Notes: a model not told the origin generated them from the letters alone. Positions 38,496 to 52,411 are shown, counted from the first letter of the whole stretch. The stretch: 63,815 bases of DNA, filler included, from Octopus bimaculoides (GCF_001194135.2; 7 parts of 7 records of this genome joined end to end with filler, not necessarily neighbours in it); one strand, 5' to 3'. Program-made: numbers and translations.

Positions 38496-38762
38496 NNNNN
38501 NNNNNNNNNNNNNNNNNNNNNNNNNNNNNNNNNNNNNNNNNNNNNNNNNNNNNNNNNNNNNNNNNNNNNNNNNNNNNNNNNNNNNNNNNNNNNNNNNNNN
38601 NNNNNNNNNNNNNNNNNNNNNNNNNNNNNNNNNNNNNNNNNNNNNNNNNNNNNNNNNNNNNNNNNNNNNNNNNNNNNNNNNNNNNNNNNNNNNNNNNNNN
38701 NNNNNNNNNNNNNNNNNNNNNNNNNNNNNNNNNNNNNNNNNNNNNNNNNNNNNNNNNNNNNN

Positions 38763-38811
<49 letters not shown>

Positions 38812-39829
38812 CACACATGCATGTATAATTGCATATATGTGTGTATGCACATAGATTTATACATACATACATAACATAATATGACAATCGATTGACACGT
38901 GATGAATTACTAATCTCTAGTGCAGTGTATGAAACTGACCATATAGACTATATATAATTACATATATAAAGGGCTCTTATTAATGCCTTTTGCCCTAATG
39001 TATCCACAAAGGGTCATATGACTGATCTCATCAGACCAAAGAACAGAAAGAAACAGAGTACACACAACTTTAAAAGAGTACACAGAATGTATATACTGAT
39101 AATGATAAGAAGCTGGATAGTTACCATATTCTGTTAACACATTTCTAGGAAAATATTTCTTTCCATTAATTCAGCATTGAAATAAATACAAATAAAATCA
39201 AATGCCATTTCCCTGTGTTGCCTTGGACATTCAGTTACTTATGATTATCCATATATTATACATTATGCAGATATGACTGAGTCGAATTCTTATGAACGTA
39301 TTGTGCTATTGGAATTAAGATATCGTTTTACTGGGGAAATTAGAGAGCAAGTTTACTTTTTTGTCTACGTATATGCGATTGTATTATATGATTTTTTCCT
39401 GAATACAGCTGCAACTGTTTGATGTGTGGTATCGCAGAACATTCTCTAATCAATAACGAAGTAGGTTGATATGTCTAGAGGTCGGTATATATGTATGTAA
39501 ACACCCCAGAATGTGTGTGTTGTGTTTGAATATGTGCGCATATATGAATGGATATATGTGTGCTTGCGCGTGAGTGAGTGTGTATTTCTGTTTACATATA
39601 TATATAATGTACACAAACATAAACACACACATGCACATCTATAATATTTATGTGTGTGTATACATATGTACATATATATGTATATATATGTGCAGATGTG
39701 TATATATATGTGTATATGTATATATATGNNNNNNNNNNNNNNNNNNNNNNNNNNNNNNNNNNNNNNNNNNNNTTAATTAATTAANNNNNNNNNNNNNNNN
39801 NNNNNNNNNNNNNNNNNNNNNNNNNNNNA

Positions 39830-40330
39830 CCCTCGAATGTATCTGGCAGAAAAAAAATATATCATTTGAGGCAGATCATCCTGCCCCTGTGGCATCTACA
39901 TCGTTCATCTAGTCATCGATTCTCGAAATTTGTCAGAGGCTACCTGCCACTTGTAGAACTTTACTTTTTCATTCAATGCAGTAAAGTGCATACCCATCCG
40001 CGACTCACTCACCTCAACGATTATTTGGGCAAACCCCTCCAGAAAAACTACAAATATCTACTTCGAATAAGGTAGCCATCGCCCCTACAGATTCATCAAA
40101 AGAGAAATTGTAGCTATTTATCGTCTTGTAGCTCACTCTCCCCAGCTCTTCCTTCATTCCATCATATCTCAGACTATGATACCTGTCATATCGTTGCAAA
40201 ATCGCACAACGGTAAATCTCACCACCAGCTCATCAATCGCAGAAGATTTTCTAGATTACCAGTCAGCCTTGATTCTACTCTAGAACGAGTTTTCATTATT
40301 TCATTACAAAATCTAATCCATTCTAAACTC
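39830..40330 (-). mobile_element. Possible 3' remnant of the same Tx1-like LINE
   Basis: Weak resemblance (ATLFEVD; LNEKVKFYKWQVASDKFRE) to Tx1 ORF2 C-termini, in the same orientation; separated by ~700 bp of unalignable sequence. Confidence 0.3.
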
Positions 40331-41034
40331 ATAGCTCTTTTCAGGCTCAATCACCATTGGTTATTCACAATTGAACAGGTCGAATCATGTAACTATTTAT
40401 TTAAATTGCACTATGCAAATTTCGTGTGCTCAGTTTCCGTTGACCATATTTCTAACTATGAAACCTAACATCGTTGATCGTATAACAAACATTTCTAATC
40501 TTTGTAGCCGACAAATTTGGATGATGCACATCCGAGGTTACGACTACCTTCTTGCTTACTATTTTCATTTAGAAATGAAATCAACGACCCGGTGTTGTCT
40601 TCTGTTTAAGTTGGAGCATTCGGGAAATATATGTGGAAATGACAGAGTAGGTTCGCGAAATAACACTCATCTATATCACTCTTAACCGCAATCTCATAAG
40701 ATTCCCCATCACAATCCACTCAATTTCCGTGGGGGGGGGACCATGTAGATGCAACGAATATCTAAGCTGTACATCTTGTACACTACAGCTTTGACATCGT
40801 AAAATAGTCCATTGCGACGATCTGTGAACTTGGTACAAAAATACGCAGTTTTCTCGAAATTCACAACTTGCAGTACCATTATACAGATGTAGTTAGATTA
40901 TACATCTCACAGCAGAATGGGGGAAATGCACTGATTCTATTGAAGCTGTCTTTAATGACAACTGTATAAAAAAAAGGCAAAGTCTGTCTATAAGCGTGAA
41001 AGTAGTAAGGCATGCTCACAATTTTGCAGCAGCA

Positions 41035-43070
41035 GAAACGTAGCATATTTACCGGTCCGTCCGTCCATCGTCTAGTGAAAGTGCTGGGCGACATAGACTT
41101 GCCGCTCCAAGTGCCGGGTTGCAAGCTGACCGACTTATCCCGGTTAATTTTTGCCCCTGCCACTGCTTCGACCCGTGTTACAATGATGGTGATGTCGTCT
41201 GCATACACCAAAACCGATTTTCTCCTTCTTAGATCTCGCGGCATGCCTCTCATAACATACAGCTTTCGCAGCAATGCCTTGAGGGACAAAACATACAGAA
41301 GTGGGGCGAGAGGACATCCTTGCCATACCGAACACTCAATGCAGAAGCGTTCCGAAACGAAACCGTTCACCCGAACGATCGATTCTTGGTGCTATATTAA
41401 TTGGTAATCCACTCACGGAAGGGCAAGCCAAACTAGGCTGCCGCAAAGACCACCACTAGATACTGATGGTCAACCTTATAAAACGCTTTAGATTGGTCAA
41501 AATGGATCATAGCTCTACCCTTCCAAGAAATATATTTACCCTCTCTAAGGTACAGCACATAAGGTATAGACAGTCGTGAATTGACCTACGTGCTTTGTGC
41601 CTCCCAAACAAGTCCACCCAACTTTTTTGCTAATACCGTGGCCAAAATCTTCAGTTCTGCGTTAAACAGAGTGATGGGCCTAAAATTATCACTTACATCC
41701 CCATTGTTTTCGTCCTTTCTTAGCAACGTCATAATCCCCCGGCTCTCCGACCTGGGAATACACCTCTTCTGCTTCCAGTTGGTATATACGCATGCAAGAA
41801 GGTGCCCAAACTTGTTTGGCAAAATGTAATACAGTTCGTATCGGCCTTTCACAGCTGGTATCGGACTTTCACAGTATTCCGCTTCCCGCCCTGAGAGACG
41901 CGGCAAACCGACGAATCCAGGTGGTACTCCCTACATTAAGCCCCACCACCCCACCTCCCTTCCGGAAAAACTGAGTGAAATGTTCGCGAAATTCTTTTCA
42001 CATCTCGGGTTTGTTTAATGAGTGCTCATTATTGCCACGTTGGGTGCCTGACACATGGGCCCATCTGGCAATGTTGATTCTCTCTTGTGCCATTGCACGT
42101 AATATCGCCTGACAATGCATCATTCGTGTTTAGCTTTGTGATGTTGGTCGAGCACCAACCTCACAGCTAAAACTCTGGATGTAGAAGTCTGACCGCATTG
42201 CCTCTTCTAGCGCCTTAACTCAAACCAATTCTTTTCTATTCAATTACTAACTAGATCTTTACTAAATCACATGGACTCAAATTTAATGGCTCTTTAGAGT
42301 ACATACCACAATTTGTTGTTAAAAAGGGTACCAGTCAATGCCCTCATCACTAACTGTCTAACCCGGTTCCTGTAGGCATAACAGGCCAAAAGTGATCTGT
42401 TTAATTTCCAGTAACCTGGTCTCTGTCTGCACATACTATCTAAGTCAAATCTGTAGGTTACAAACTGTGATCACTGAGATTGACAATATGATGTTGTGGA
42501 CAACTATCTATGTTCTTATCTTTAATTCTAACAATAATCCTGTGTAGATAAGATCTGGAAGACCCATTGTTATTCGCCCATCTCCACAATAGAACGTCCA
42601 GGTGATCCGGTGTGAATCGGTCAGCCAGCTGAAAACGACTAAGAAGACCCCCCTCTTATCCGGGTCGAGCCAACACACTCCATGCGTGCGTCGCAGATTG
42701 TGATAAAGTCCCCTAACCAAACTAAAGTTTCCAACGTTTCTAGAAGATTCTCTGGCTTCTGAAAAAGTCAGAATTTCCTGCTCTGTAGTCAACGACCAGC
42801 TTGAAAGATTTACCGCTGCTGTGCGTCACATCAAGAACGGGTAACCTGCTCTCCAATTCTTATCTCTAAATCCAAATTTTTCCTGAGTAGAACTGCAAAC
42901 CCTTCTTACTCTCGTAGCAATTTAGCATGGGTGAAAAAGCCTGCAGTCCTCTCAGTCTCGTTTCAGTAGTAACTACTAAATCTATTCCATGCAACACGAG
43001 GTCGCCAAGGAGACACCTTTACTTCCATACCGACCCACCCGAGGCCACGTATATTTATGCAACCTAAGTT
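41035..43070 (-). mobile_element. Tx1-like (L1 clade) LINE ORF2 pseudogene: APE endonuclease + reverse transcriptase
   Basis: LGCINIRGL; DLVVTTETRL; LGDFITICDAR; GSSRSYLHRII...LSDHSL; GYWKLNRSL; RGIMTLLRKD..NFRPITLFNAELKILA; QGCPLAPLLYVLSL; YADDITIIV; GAKINRDKS; RWTDGPV. Many stops and frameshifts. Confidence 0.92.
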
Positions 43071-43139
43071 TTGTTACCTTTAGAGGAGAGAGGAGGGTAA
43101 ACCCCAATCCACTTTCCATGCATCGTCTTTTTGGGGGGT

Positions 43140-43730
43140 TTTGAAAACTTTTGGTACAGGTTTCTGAAATGGTCCATTGTCTTCAGTGAATGAATGTTTT
43201 AAAAATGTATATCTAATAGATTTGATAGAACTCGATGGGAGGTGGAATGTTGGGGTTCAGTGGTTCTTAGTTTAGTTTTCTTATTACTTGCATTGGTTCA
43301 TTATTGTTAAAGTTTATGCCTGTGATGTTAAATGCGTGCTTGGAGGTCCAGCGGGAGGCGGGTTTTGGGTTTTCTTTGGTTGTGGTGGATGTGTTCGTAT
43401 TATTGCCTATGGGAGCTGGTCGGGGCTCTTACTTTTTCTGCTTTGTTGTCTGACGGTAGTCCAATCTATTTCCTGTTTTGTTTTAGCTCCAGACATTGGC
43501 ACCGCCCTTTTGGTAGATTTTGGGTTTTCTTCAGAGCTGTTGGCTGGGTTTCCGCTATCTTCTCCCTTTCCATTGCATTGTGGTTTTATCGGTTAGTGTG
43601 AGTGTCGTTTTAGCGGTTGTTATAGGTCTACTGGCATCTCCTATGAAGTCTTCCTCATTGGAATACCTGCTCATTGAGGAATAATTATAGGTTTCTTCAT
43701 TCGAACAAGGGGGGAAACCTTACAATATAA
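43140..43730 (-). mobile_element. Probable ORF1 C-terminal region of the Tx1-like LINE
   Basis: Directly upstream of ORF2, purine/K/P/T-rich on the minus strand; no diagnostic motif seen. Confidence 0.35.
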
Positions 43731-44789
43731 TCTGCTATAAGGCAGATGGAAAGTGTTTCGGAGAATATAAAAACAAGCGAGTTCCACATAGATAAAGCAA
43801 CAACAATGTAACAATTACCTTAATAGCAAAAAACATCTGACAATTTAAAGTAGCCNNNNNNNNNNNNNNNNNNNNNNNNNNNNNNNNNNNNNNNNNNNNN
43901 NNNNNNNNNNNNNNNNNNNNNNNNNNNNNNNNNNNNNNNNNNNNNNNNNNNNNNNNNNNNNNNNNNNNNNNNNNNNNNNNNNNNNNNNNNNNNNNNNNNN
44001 NNNNNNNNNNNNNNNNNNNNNNNNNNNNNNNNNNNNNNNNNNNNNNNNNNNNNNNNNNNNNNNNNNNNNNNNNNNNNNNNNNNNNNNNNNNNNNNNNNNN
44101 NNNNNNNNNNNNNNNNNNNNNNNNNNNNNNNNNNNNNNNNTATATACAAAAGACAGGAAAAATATAGGGAGAAATTATAAGGGGAACATATAAAAGAATA
44201 TATGTTCTTTTATATTTTTCGCATGTTTGTGTATATATTTTTTGCATGGATATTTTTAAGAAAATATCTTTTGCTATTCAAAAAACCAGTAAAACAATTT
44301 TTTTTTAGTTAGAAAACGCCTACTTGAACCTCGGAACTCATATCAGAATAACTCACTGTAAACTTTACTATTAAGATTGAAATAAAAATCATCCAAAATG
44401 CCATCTCTACTCATCTTTTCAAATGTATTACCTTATCTCTCGGCTAGGCTAGGGCCGAATTTACTTGTCTCTAGGCGAAATCGATATTAAACAAATTTGT
44501 AATTTACGAATGCATTTTCAAGAAAAACCTGTTGTAAGATTACAAAGAAATAATTTTAAATTTTGATACAGTACAATAAAAAAAGTAATAAAAATTTACG
44601 AATACAACTCAACGGTGTTTATTGTACATCGCGGGCGATTTATTTAGGAATGCGGCTTGCAATAAGGCACGGTAAAATAAAAAAAGCCTTTTTTTAAACT
44701 TAGAAAACAAATTCAATAATTATTATTTTGCAATAGTTAAAAAGCTGAATTATATTAAATTTACCAATACGTACGTACAGCTCGGTGGT

Positions 44790-45556
44790 TTACATCGCAG
44801 ATGTGGATGGCTGTAGATCGTCAACATCAACAGCTGACTCTGGCTGTTCATTTTGTTCGATGCACTTACAACACCGGTTAAGACATCCTTAATCTGTCTT
44901 CTTTTTCTGGAGGATTACATTATAAGGAGAAAAAACTTCGTGACAAATTCCCATAATCTTGGAAAAGCGTTGCGCATTTGGATCCCTATCCTCGAACATA
45001 GAAACACCCTTTCGATATATGCAAATGCTTGGTTCATTTCGTTAAAGGCTACGTGATGTGGCTAAGGTTCGATTTTCTCTTCTTCTTTACTTTTACTGAT
45101 CGTGTAGCTCTATCAAATAGTCTTTCGTCAGGGACTGCTTGTGTTTTTCAAATAAGTCTATGAAATCTTCCTTCTCCAAATCCATTTCGAGTTTTTGCGC
45201 GTAGTCACCAACGTTATGTTGATGGCAGCATTATCGAAACCCTTAAAATAATTTAGGAATTGCAGGCATAGCTTCTTCCATACACCATTCATAGCTCTGT
45301 ACATCATTCTATCACACTGCTATGTTCTGTAGATATCTGGTATGTTCTTCTAGATATCGTATCTCTTCCAAAAGTCACGAAGTGTGATGGATTCTTCAAG
45401 ATCAGCTGCAGCTATTGCTTCGCCGCAGCGTACGCACCTTATACTCCCTTATCCATTGACTACAGAAGAGACGTGATATTGGGAGGGAGGTGTATGACGG
45501 TAACGTTGTGGTCAAAATCTAAGATGTTTTGCCGGTGGCCAGGAGCATTATCTAAA
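44790..45556 (-). mobile_element. Tigger/pogo-like transposase C-terminal half (DDE_1), decayed
   Basis: LDNAPGH...LPPNITSLL*SMDKGV...LRDFWKRYDI...MNGVWKKLC.QF...FKGF...DFIDLFEKH...LIEL...DDLQPSTSAM*. Confidence 0.9.
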
Positions 45557-45560
45557 TATG

Positions 45561-45615
<55 letters not shown>

Positions 45616-45716
45616 NNNNNNNNNNNNNNNNNNNNNNNNNNNNNNNNNNNNNNNNNNNNTTAATTAATTAANNNNNNNNNNNNNNNNNNNNNNNNNNNNN
45701 NNNNNNNNNNNNNNNT

Positions 45717-45936
45717 GCTGTGATGCTCTTATGGTTACTGTATTGAAAGTGTTTTGCGTAGGATGTGTGCAGTGCGCAGTAGTGCAATTTTCTGTATGTT
45801 ATATATATTTGTAAGTCCTGGTGTTTTTGTTATGTATTTGTCTGAATATTTTTTTTATTATTCCTAAGGCACCCACTATGATAGGAATTGTTTCTGTTTT
45901 TAGATTCCACATTCGAGTTACCTCTATTTCCAGGTC

Positions 45937-45940
<4 letters not shown>
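45717..45940 (-). mobile_element. 5'-truncated R4/Dong-clade (REL endonuclease) retroelement end abutting (TAA)n
   Basis: (ATA)n-KDLEIEVTRMWNLKTETIPIIVGALGIIKK..., then IALL/TAHILRK-like sequence across a frameshift; typical C-terminus of REL-type non-LTR ORFs. Confidence 0.8.
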
Positions 45941-46011
<71 letters not shown>

Positions 46012-46035
46012 TATTTATTTATTTATTTATTTATT
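45940..46035. repeat. (ATT)n followed by (ATTT)n microsatellite
   Basis: Directly visible. Confidence 0.95.
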
Positions 46036-46129
46036 TATTATTTGCACGTTTGTTGCAATCACTTGCCGAGACACAGCCAGCGTCCTAGGATAAGAGATGT
46101 TTGGAGAGGGGAAGTGGCAGAAGCAGTAT

Positions 46130-46520
46130 CAAAATATCTTCATGTAATACAACACAGACATTCCGAGTTCAAATTCTGTTAAGGTCACATTCGTTTTACT
46201 TTTGTCCTTCCGATGTCGATAAGACAATGCACTAGTCTTGTATTGCAGCCGATGCAGTCGACTAAGCCCTCCTCTGAAATTATTACCCTTGTGCCAAAAA
46301 TGTGAAGTAAAGGCAGCGTTCTGGCAAATTCGTTATCGTTTCAAACAGAATACTTAACGGCATTTCTTCTGGCTCTATACGTTCAAATGCCGTCGACATC
46401 CGTTTTACATTTCATACTTCCGAGGTTGGCAAAATAATATGTAAGTTAAGTATTGTCCTCGATAAAATCGATTTAACACCTCACACAAAGACTGCTGGCC
46501 CTGTGCCAAAATTCGAAAGG
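46130..46520 (+). mobile_element. Two tandem, old tRNA-SINE copies
   Basis: gagttcaaattc...gtcgataa...gtcgacta...tgtgccaaaa occurs twice; same family as 61165-62030. Confidence 0.65.
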
Positions 46521-48010
46521 ATGACATTAGTTGTCAGTTTAATTATTACAATCATGTTAGTTTTAATTAAAAATAATTCAACGAAGTTCGCTTTCTTTGC
46601 TTTCCTAGCACAAATGATAAGCATCGATGTGTAACGACTATTGGTCATTGACTCGTTTTAATCGTGTAGGCACCATATAAATAACGTGTTCCATTCTAAG
46701 ATCTACATTTAGGAACATGTTGCTACCGCATCTCCACGGCTCCGACGAGTATCTGATGCTAATGTGCGACTATGGTTAAAAGCTGTCGTTCTGGGAGAGG
46801 GTATGATGCCTTGTCGTGCCGTTTCAGTGTCGAAAGTTGGCGTGCCCGCACTGAAATTAGACAACATAATTAAAATATCTGTAATGTCAGCTGATAAATC
46901 GATGATCTGTACTGACACTGAAGTATACTATCGCGGTGGTCGAATGCCCATATAGAATAAACGTTTTCTGTACGTTTCGGGGTTCCTTTTGTTGATAAGG
47001 AACATCAAGGTCACCGATCTCTTCTCTATCATTGGACTTTTCTCTTTCTTTTTTCCGACGAAGAATTATGCTCGAAACGCCAAACCCTCTCCTTTCGCTG
47101 AGCGCAAAGCTAATACATTTCTTGTGAACGTCCTCACATTATTTATTATTATTATCTTTTTTTTCGCTTATTTGAATTTCATTATTTTGAATTGACTGCA
47201 CACACACACACACAGGTACACACACAGGTACACACACACGCACACACATATACACACACACATATATGTATGCATATGCGCATATATATTTGCATATATG
47301 TATTATATATATATATATATATATATACAGGTCAAAAGTTGTTGAAACTTCCAACTTCTACACAAGTTACATAAAAAAGGTAAAGAAGAAAATACGAGGC
47401 TCAGGTGAAATGATTATTGTGTCCTGTATAGACATTAAATAACCACGCAAATATTTTCACATATAATTCATCACATATATATTTTCCCTTCCAACTGGTT
47501 TTCATTCATTGNNNNNNNNNNNNNNNNNNNNNNNNNNNNNNNNNNNNNNNNNNNNNNNNNNNNNNNNNNNNNNNNNNNNNNNNNNNNNNNNNNNNNNNNN
47601 NNNNNNNNNNNNNNNNNNNNNNNNNNNNNNNNNNNNNNNNNNNNNNNNNNNNNNNNNNNNNNNNNNNNNNNNNNNNNNNNNNNNNNNNNNNNNNNNNNNN
47701 NNNNNNNNNNNNNNNNNNNNNNNNNNNNNNNNNNNNNNNNNNNNNNNNNNNNNNNNNNNNNNNNNNNNNNNNNNNNNNNNNNNNNNNNNNNNNNNNNNNN
47801 NNNNNNNNNNNNNNNNNNNNNNNNNNNNNNNNNNNNNNNNNNNNNNNNNNNNNNNNNNNNNNNNNNNNNNNNNNNNNNNNNNNNNNNNNNNNNNNNNNNN
47901 NNNNNNNNNNNNNNNNNNNNNNNNNNNNNNNNNNNNNNNAACATACATCTTTGCATTAAAATGTGCTTAATCATAAGTAGCATTATTTACAATGACTAAT
48001 TAATGACCAC

Positions 48011-48300
48011 GAGGAGGCGCAATGGCCCAGTGGTTAGGGTAGCGGACTCGCTGTCGGAGGATCGCAGTTTATTGAGCGAAAAAACACCTAAAGCTCCACG
48101 AGGCTCCGGCAGGGGGTGGTGGCGACCCCTGTTGTACTCTGTCACCCTAACTTTCTCTCTCACTCTTTCTTCCTGTTTCTTGAGTAACGCTGCGATGGCC
48201 TGGCGTCCTATCCAACTGGGGTGGGGCACATACACCATAGAAACTGAGAAACTGGGCCCATGAGCCTGGCTAGGCTTTAAAAGAGCGCATAAATAAAAGA
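48011..48300 (+). mobile_element. tRNA-derived SINE (A box present, B-box region deleted)
   Basis: ggaggcgcaatggcccagtggttagggtagcggactcg head; tttattgagcgaaaa.cacctaaagctccacgag.ctccggcaggg is shared with 58206-58351, which retains gtttcgattcccagaccgggcg. Confidence 0.8.
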
Positions 48301-49999
48301 AAAATTCATGATCAAACATTTGATCGCAAATCATATTTCATAATAAATTGCTTTCTCTCGAATTGCAGTTGAATCTAATCGATTATTTTTTGAGACATCG
48401 TTAAAATTAGTTAGCTTCATTCTTGCACACAGGTTACTATGTGTCCACCTAACGATATTTTCTTTACATTTTCATTAATTATCTTGCCAGTGTGTTGTCA
48501 TTCATTTGCATAATAACAGTTTAATTTGTCTCATTACATATATTAAATTCTGTGCATTTCAAGTTAAATATTCCTTTATTTTTAAAGATTTGTCCATTTA
48601 AAAACTTTTGATGCCTAAATCAAACCTTTGATTCCTAAATGAAACATATTCAAGTACCTTGACTTCATCATCCTCACTTTGCAACAATTAAATCAAAAGA
48701 TTGTTTATGAATTTCAGCCCCAGGAAGAATATTTCTTTTATAAATATTTCGACGTTTCTAGGATTAAATATAGACATATACACCAAACGTTTTTACCCGG
48801 TTTTAATTTTACTCTCCATAGATCTTGAATATTTATACGTTTTGCACTTTACATCCGATTTGTAATTGCACTTAATCGAAATGCTTTTTCTACAAGTGTT
48901 TTCCAATTCCTCCATGCAAAGTGTATGGATATTTAAGATCTAATCTAAGGAGAGTAAAAGGCAAAACCTAAAAATAAGTTTTGCTATATAAATGGTCAAG
49001 AAAGACATGTAACTGTCATGACATGCTCCAAGGCTTTAATNNNNNNNNNNNNNNNNNNNNNNNNCCATTGCGCCTCCACACATTAATACATATTTAATTA
49101 TTTAAACACGTTACCGACAAACGGTAGTACAGCTAAATTCTGTTTTGAACTAGTTTAACTCGCGGTTTCAAAAGTTCTTGCAACCAGTTTGTCTTCCGAT
49201 GAATGGCCAACGAAATATGTCAGTGTAATCTCCCTTTTTCTTTCAATATGCAAAGTGACTAATAGGGTTTATTTGTATCTGCTCAAAATTTCAATAACAG
49301 AAGCTTTGAAAACTGTACATTACAACTTTAAATTCATCCTAAGTTTCTAATGAATGATGTGTGTAAATATCTGAAAATGCTCGTCCGTGTACGTTTGTGA
49401 GGTTTGGGGAGTGTACTTCTATTCATGTTCAGGCAAGTCTAAACATTGGTGTTACTTGGGCCGGGGGTGTTAAGTGGACACCCTTTTATATCCTGTATCT
49501 TAGTAGTTCGACAATTTGAAATCGATGAAAAGAAATATCATGTTGGAATATGTTGAAGAGTATGTTCAAGAACGATTTATTCAGGAGGGATGCCAATGTG
49601 GTGGGTGCTAAATAGCCGAATATAGGCGTTGGAATGTTGAATAGCAAGCCACGCTATTACACCAAGATTAACACCAAAAAGAAAAATGAAAAAAAAAAGA
49701 CGGGAAACGACTGATCCAGAGAGATTGATTGTGGAAAACTGTTAGAAAGCCGGAGTGAGGTGTGTTCGTTTCGGCTCTTTGCATTTCACAAGCAAAAGCG
49801 GAGACGATAGGTGCCAAGCTGTGGTGTTAATCAATTTCTTTAGCCTATCCTTTGGAGAAACATCGGTACCATAAAAAGAGAAACCTTGCCTATGAAGGTG
49901 ACTGTAAGTTTTCCTTTAAAAATATCAGGCCAATATAAACATGTGCAACTGCATGGTCAGCATTCAATAACTGAGACCCTTCGTTCATACATACATACA

Positions 50000-50032
<33 letters not shown>

Positions 50033-50732
50033 GGGCGTTACTGGTAACATGTAACCCAGTACAAGCTGTTGTGAGGTCGGGTCATCAGCGACTAAAGTAG
50101 CAACTCCATCAAGCTTGCTTGGTGAGTAGGGTGACTGTTGGACACCCTGTAGGACGAAAAATAAGACCTGTTAAATGGAGAAAGGGCTCATGAGCAGTCA
50201 ACGGCCATCCAACAATATGTGTACATGTGTATGTATGCATGTTTGTATGCACAGAGACGAGGAAATATCTGAGTTGGTGTCCAGGTGCGCGTTTTTAGGC
50301 CTACTGACAATATTCGATAATATAGACTAGTTCTTTTCGAGTTTATGTTGTCTATGTTCAGAAAGCGGGTTTCTATTTTTGCAAAGTTTTTTCTCCACTA
50401 TAAAAATTATCGTGCACAGGCATCGCTTGTAAAAAGAAAAGTAAGACGTATTCTAAAAATAGAAAGACATATCATCCGGGCGGATACTATGGTGGCTCTC
50501 AGTTATGTCCCGGGTTACGGCTAATCGCATCGATCAGTATTTAACATCTATGACTACTATTAGTTGTCAGTCACTCTGTAAATTCCTCCGATGGGTAATT
50601 CCGTGTTCGCTTCACTGAACGGTAATATTGTCTGGAGTATATTTTAGCAATAATTATAATGATATAGAATATGGAAAGTTATTCATCTTCAAAATATATT
50701 TCCTCTTATTTTGCAATTTTATACAGCATATG

Positions 50733-50764
<32 letters not shown>

Positions 50765-51424
50765 NNNNNNNNNNNNNNNNNNNNNNNNNNNNNNNNNNNN
50801 NNNNNNNNNNNNNNNNNNNNNNNNNNNNNNNNNNNNNNNNNNNNNNNNNNNNNNNNNNNNNNNNNNNNNNNNNNNNNNNNNNNNNNNNNNNNNNNNNNNN
50901 NNNNNNNNNNNNNNNNNNNNNNNNNNNNNNNNNNNNNNNNNNNNNNNNNNNNNNNNNNNNNNNNNNNNNNNNNNNNNNNNNNNNNNNNNNNNNNNNNNNN
51001 NNNNNNNNNNNNNNNNNNNNNNNNNNNNNNNNNNNNNNNNNNNNNNNNNNNNNNNNNNNNNNNNNNNNNNNNNNNNNNNNNNNNNNNNNNNNNNNNNNNN
51101 NNNNNNNNNNNNNNNNNNNNNNNNNNNNNNNNNNNNNNNNNNNNNNNNNNNNNNNNNNNNNNNNNNNNNNNNNNNNNNNNNNNNNNNNNNNNNNNNNNNN
51201 NNNNNNNNNNNNNNNNNNNNNNNNNNNNNNNNNNNNNNNNNNNNNNNNNNNNNNNNNNNNNNNNNNNNNNNNNNNNNNNNNNNNNNNNNNNNNNNNNNNN
51301 NNNNNNNNNNNNNNNNNNNNNNNNNNNNNNNNNNNNNNNNNNNNNNNNNNNNNNNNNNNNNNNNNNNNNNNNNNNNNNNNNNNNNNNNNNNNNNNNNNNN
51401 NNNNNNNNNNATATATATATATAT

Positions 51425-51570
51425 ATATACAGAATGGGACAAGAACGCAAAACAGTCAGACACTTAAGTAATACAAGAAAGGGACAAAACATCCAGATAG
51501 ACGATACAAAGAAAACACGGACAGGTCATTCGGCGTTTTCTCTCTTCAGTCGAGATCCAGATTATCCTTG
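51425..51570 (-). repeat. (TA)n-anchored repeat with CTGAAGAGAG head and cgttcttgtccca tail
   Basis: Reverse complement: ctcgaCTGAAGAGAGAAAAcg...ttttgcgttcttgtcccattctg(ta)n. Confidence 0.45.
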
Positions 51571-51819
51571 CAATTTCATCTGGTTATTCTCGATATTGCT
51601 CCAATCTGGCCAGCCCCAAGGAAAAACTAAGCTGAGAGCATTAGATTCCTTGGAAGAAAGTAGCGAATGTACACAAAACAAAGACGAAAAAAACGAACAA
51701 TGTTACACAAATGCAGTAAGAATAATAACAGGACATAACAACAGATGTCTTTCGACTAAGGACGAATAAAATTAAGCTGGCGTATGTGGAAATAAGGCCT
51801 TACAGCAGGGATATAAGAT

Positions 51820-51985
51820 TTCACATAGAGACAACAAAGTAAATTTCGAACGAAGTATAGCTGTAAGTACAGAAAGATTGGGTATTTACCCTTATTAGGT
51901 GGGAAAAAAAAAAGAATTTCCAGCTGGCGTCTCCAGGAATGGAACCTGTGCCCCTCAGATATCGGCTGAGTGCTCTATCACCGAA
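51820..51985 (-). mobile_element. tRNA-derived SINE, same family as 52514-52690
   Basis: Reverse complement: gatagagcactcagccgatatctgagggg..caggttccattcc...taagggtaaa.acc...cttacagctatact.cgttcgaaatttacttt. Confidence 0.7.
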
Positions 51986-51999
51986 ATACAAAAGTCTGT

Positions 52000-52411
52000 A
52001 AAATACTCTTTTCGGGGTGGGGGGTAGTCGATTAGATCAACCCAAGTACGCAATTAGTACTTAATCTATCGACCTCGAAAGGATGAAAGGTAAAGTCGAC
52101 CACGGCAGAATTTGAACTCACAACGTAAAGACAGATGGAATTACCGCTAACCATTTCGCCCGACGTGCTAACGTTTCTTATTTCTTTACTGCCCACAAGA
52201 GGCTACACATAGAGGGGACAAACAAGGACAGACAAACGGATTAAGTCGATTATATCGACCCCAGTGCGTAACTGGTATTTATTTAATCGACCCCGAAAGG
52301 ATGAAAGGCAAAGTCGACCTCGGCGGAATTTGAACTCAGAACGTAAAGACAGACGAAATACGGCTAAGCATTTCGCCCGGCGTGCTAACGTTTCTGCCAG
52401 CTCGCCGCCCT
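52000..52411 (-). mobile_element. Young dimeric tRNA-derived SINE with 9-bp TSD AAAGTCTGT
   Basis: Two tandem monomers (ctggcagaaacgttagcacgccgggcgaaatgc...ctgagttcaaattccgccgaggtcgactttgcctttcatcctttcggggtcga); TSD at 51991-51999 and 52412-52420. Confidence 0.9.

Noticed and set aside
46764-46955. ORF with faint resemblance to a Merlin/IS1016 motif (MICTDTEVYY)
   Set aside because: Only one loose motif; no other catalytic residues or TIRs.
49191-49225. CCGATGA atggccaac GAAA tat GTC hammerhead-like string
   Set aside because: Stem II and stem I pairing are inadequate; at best a decayed remnant.
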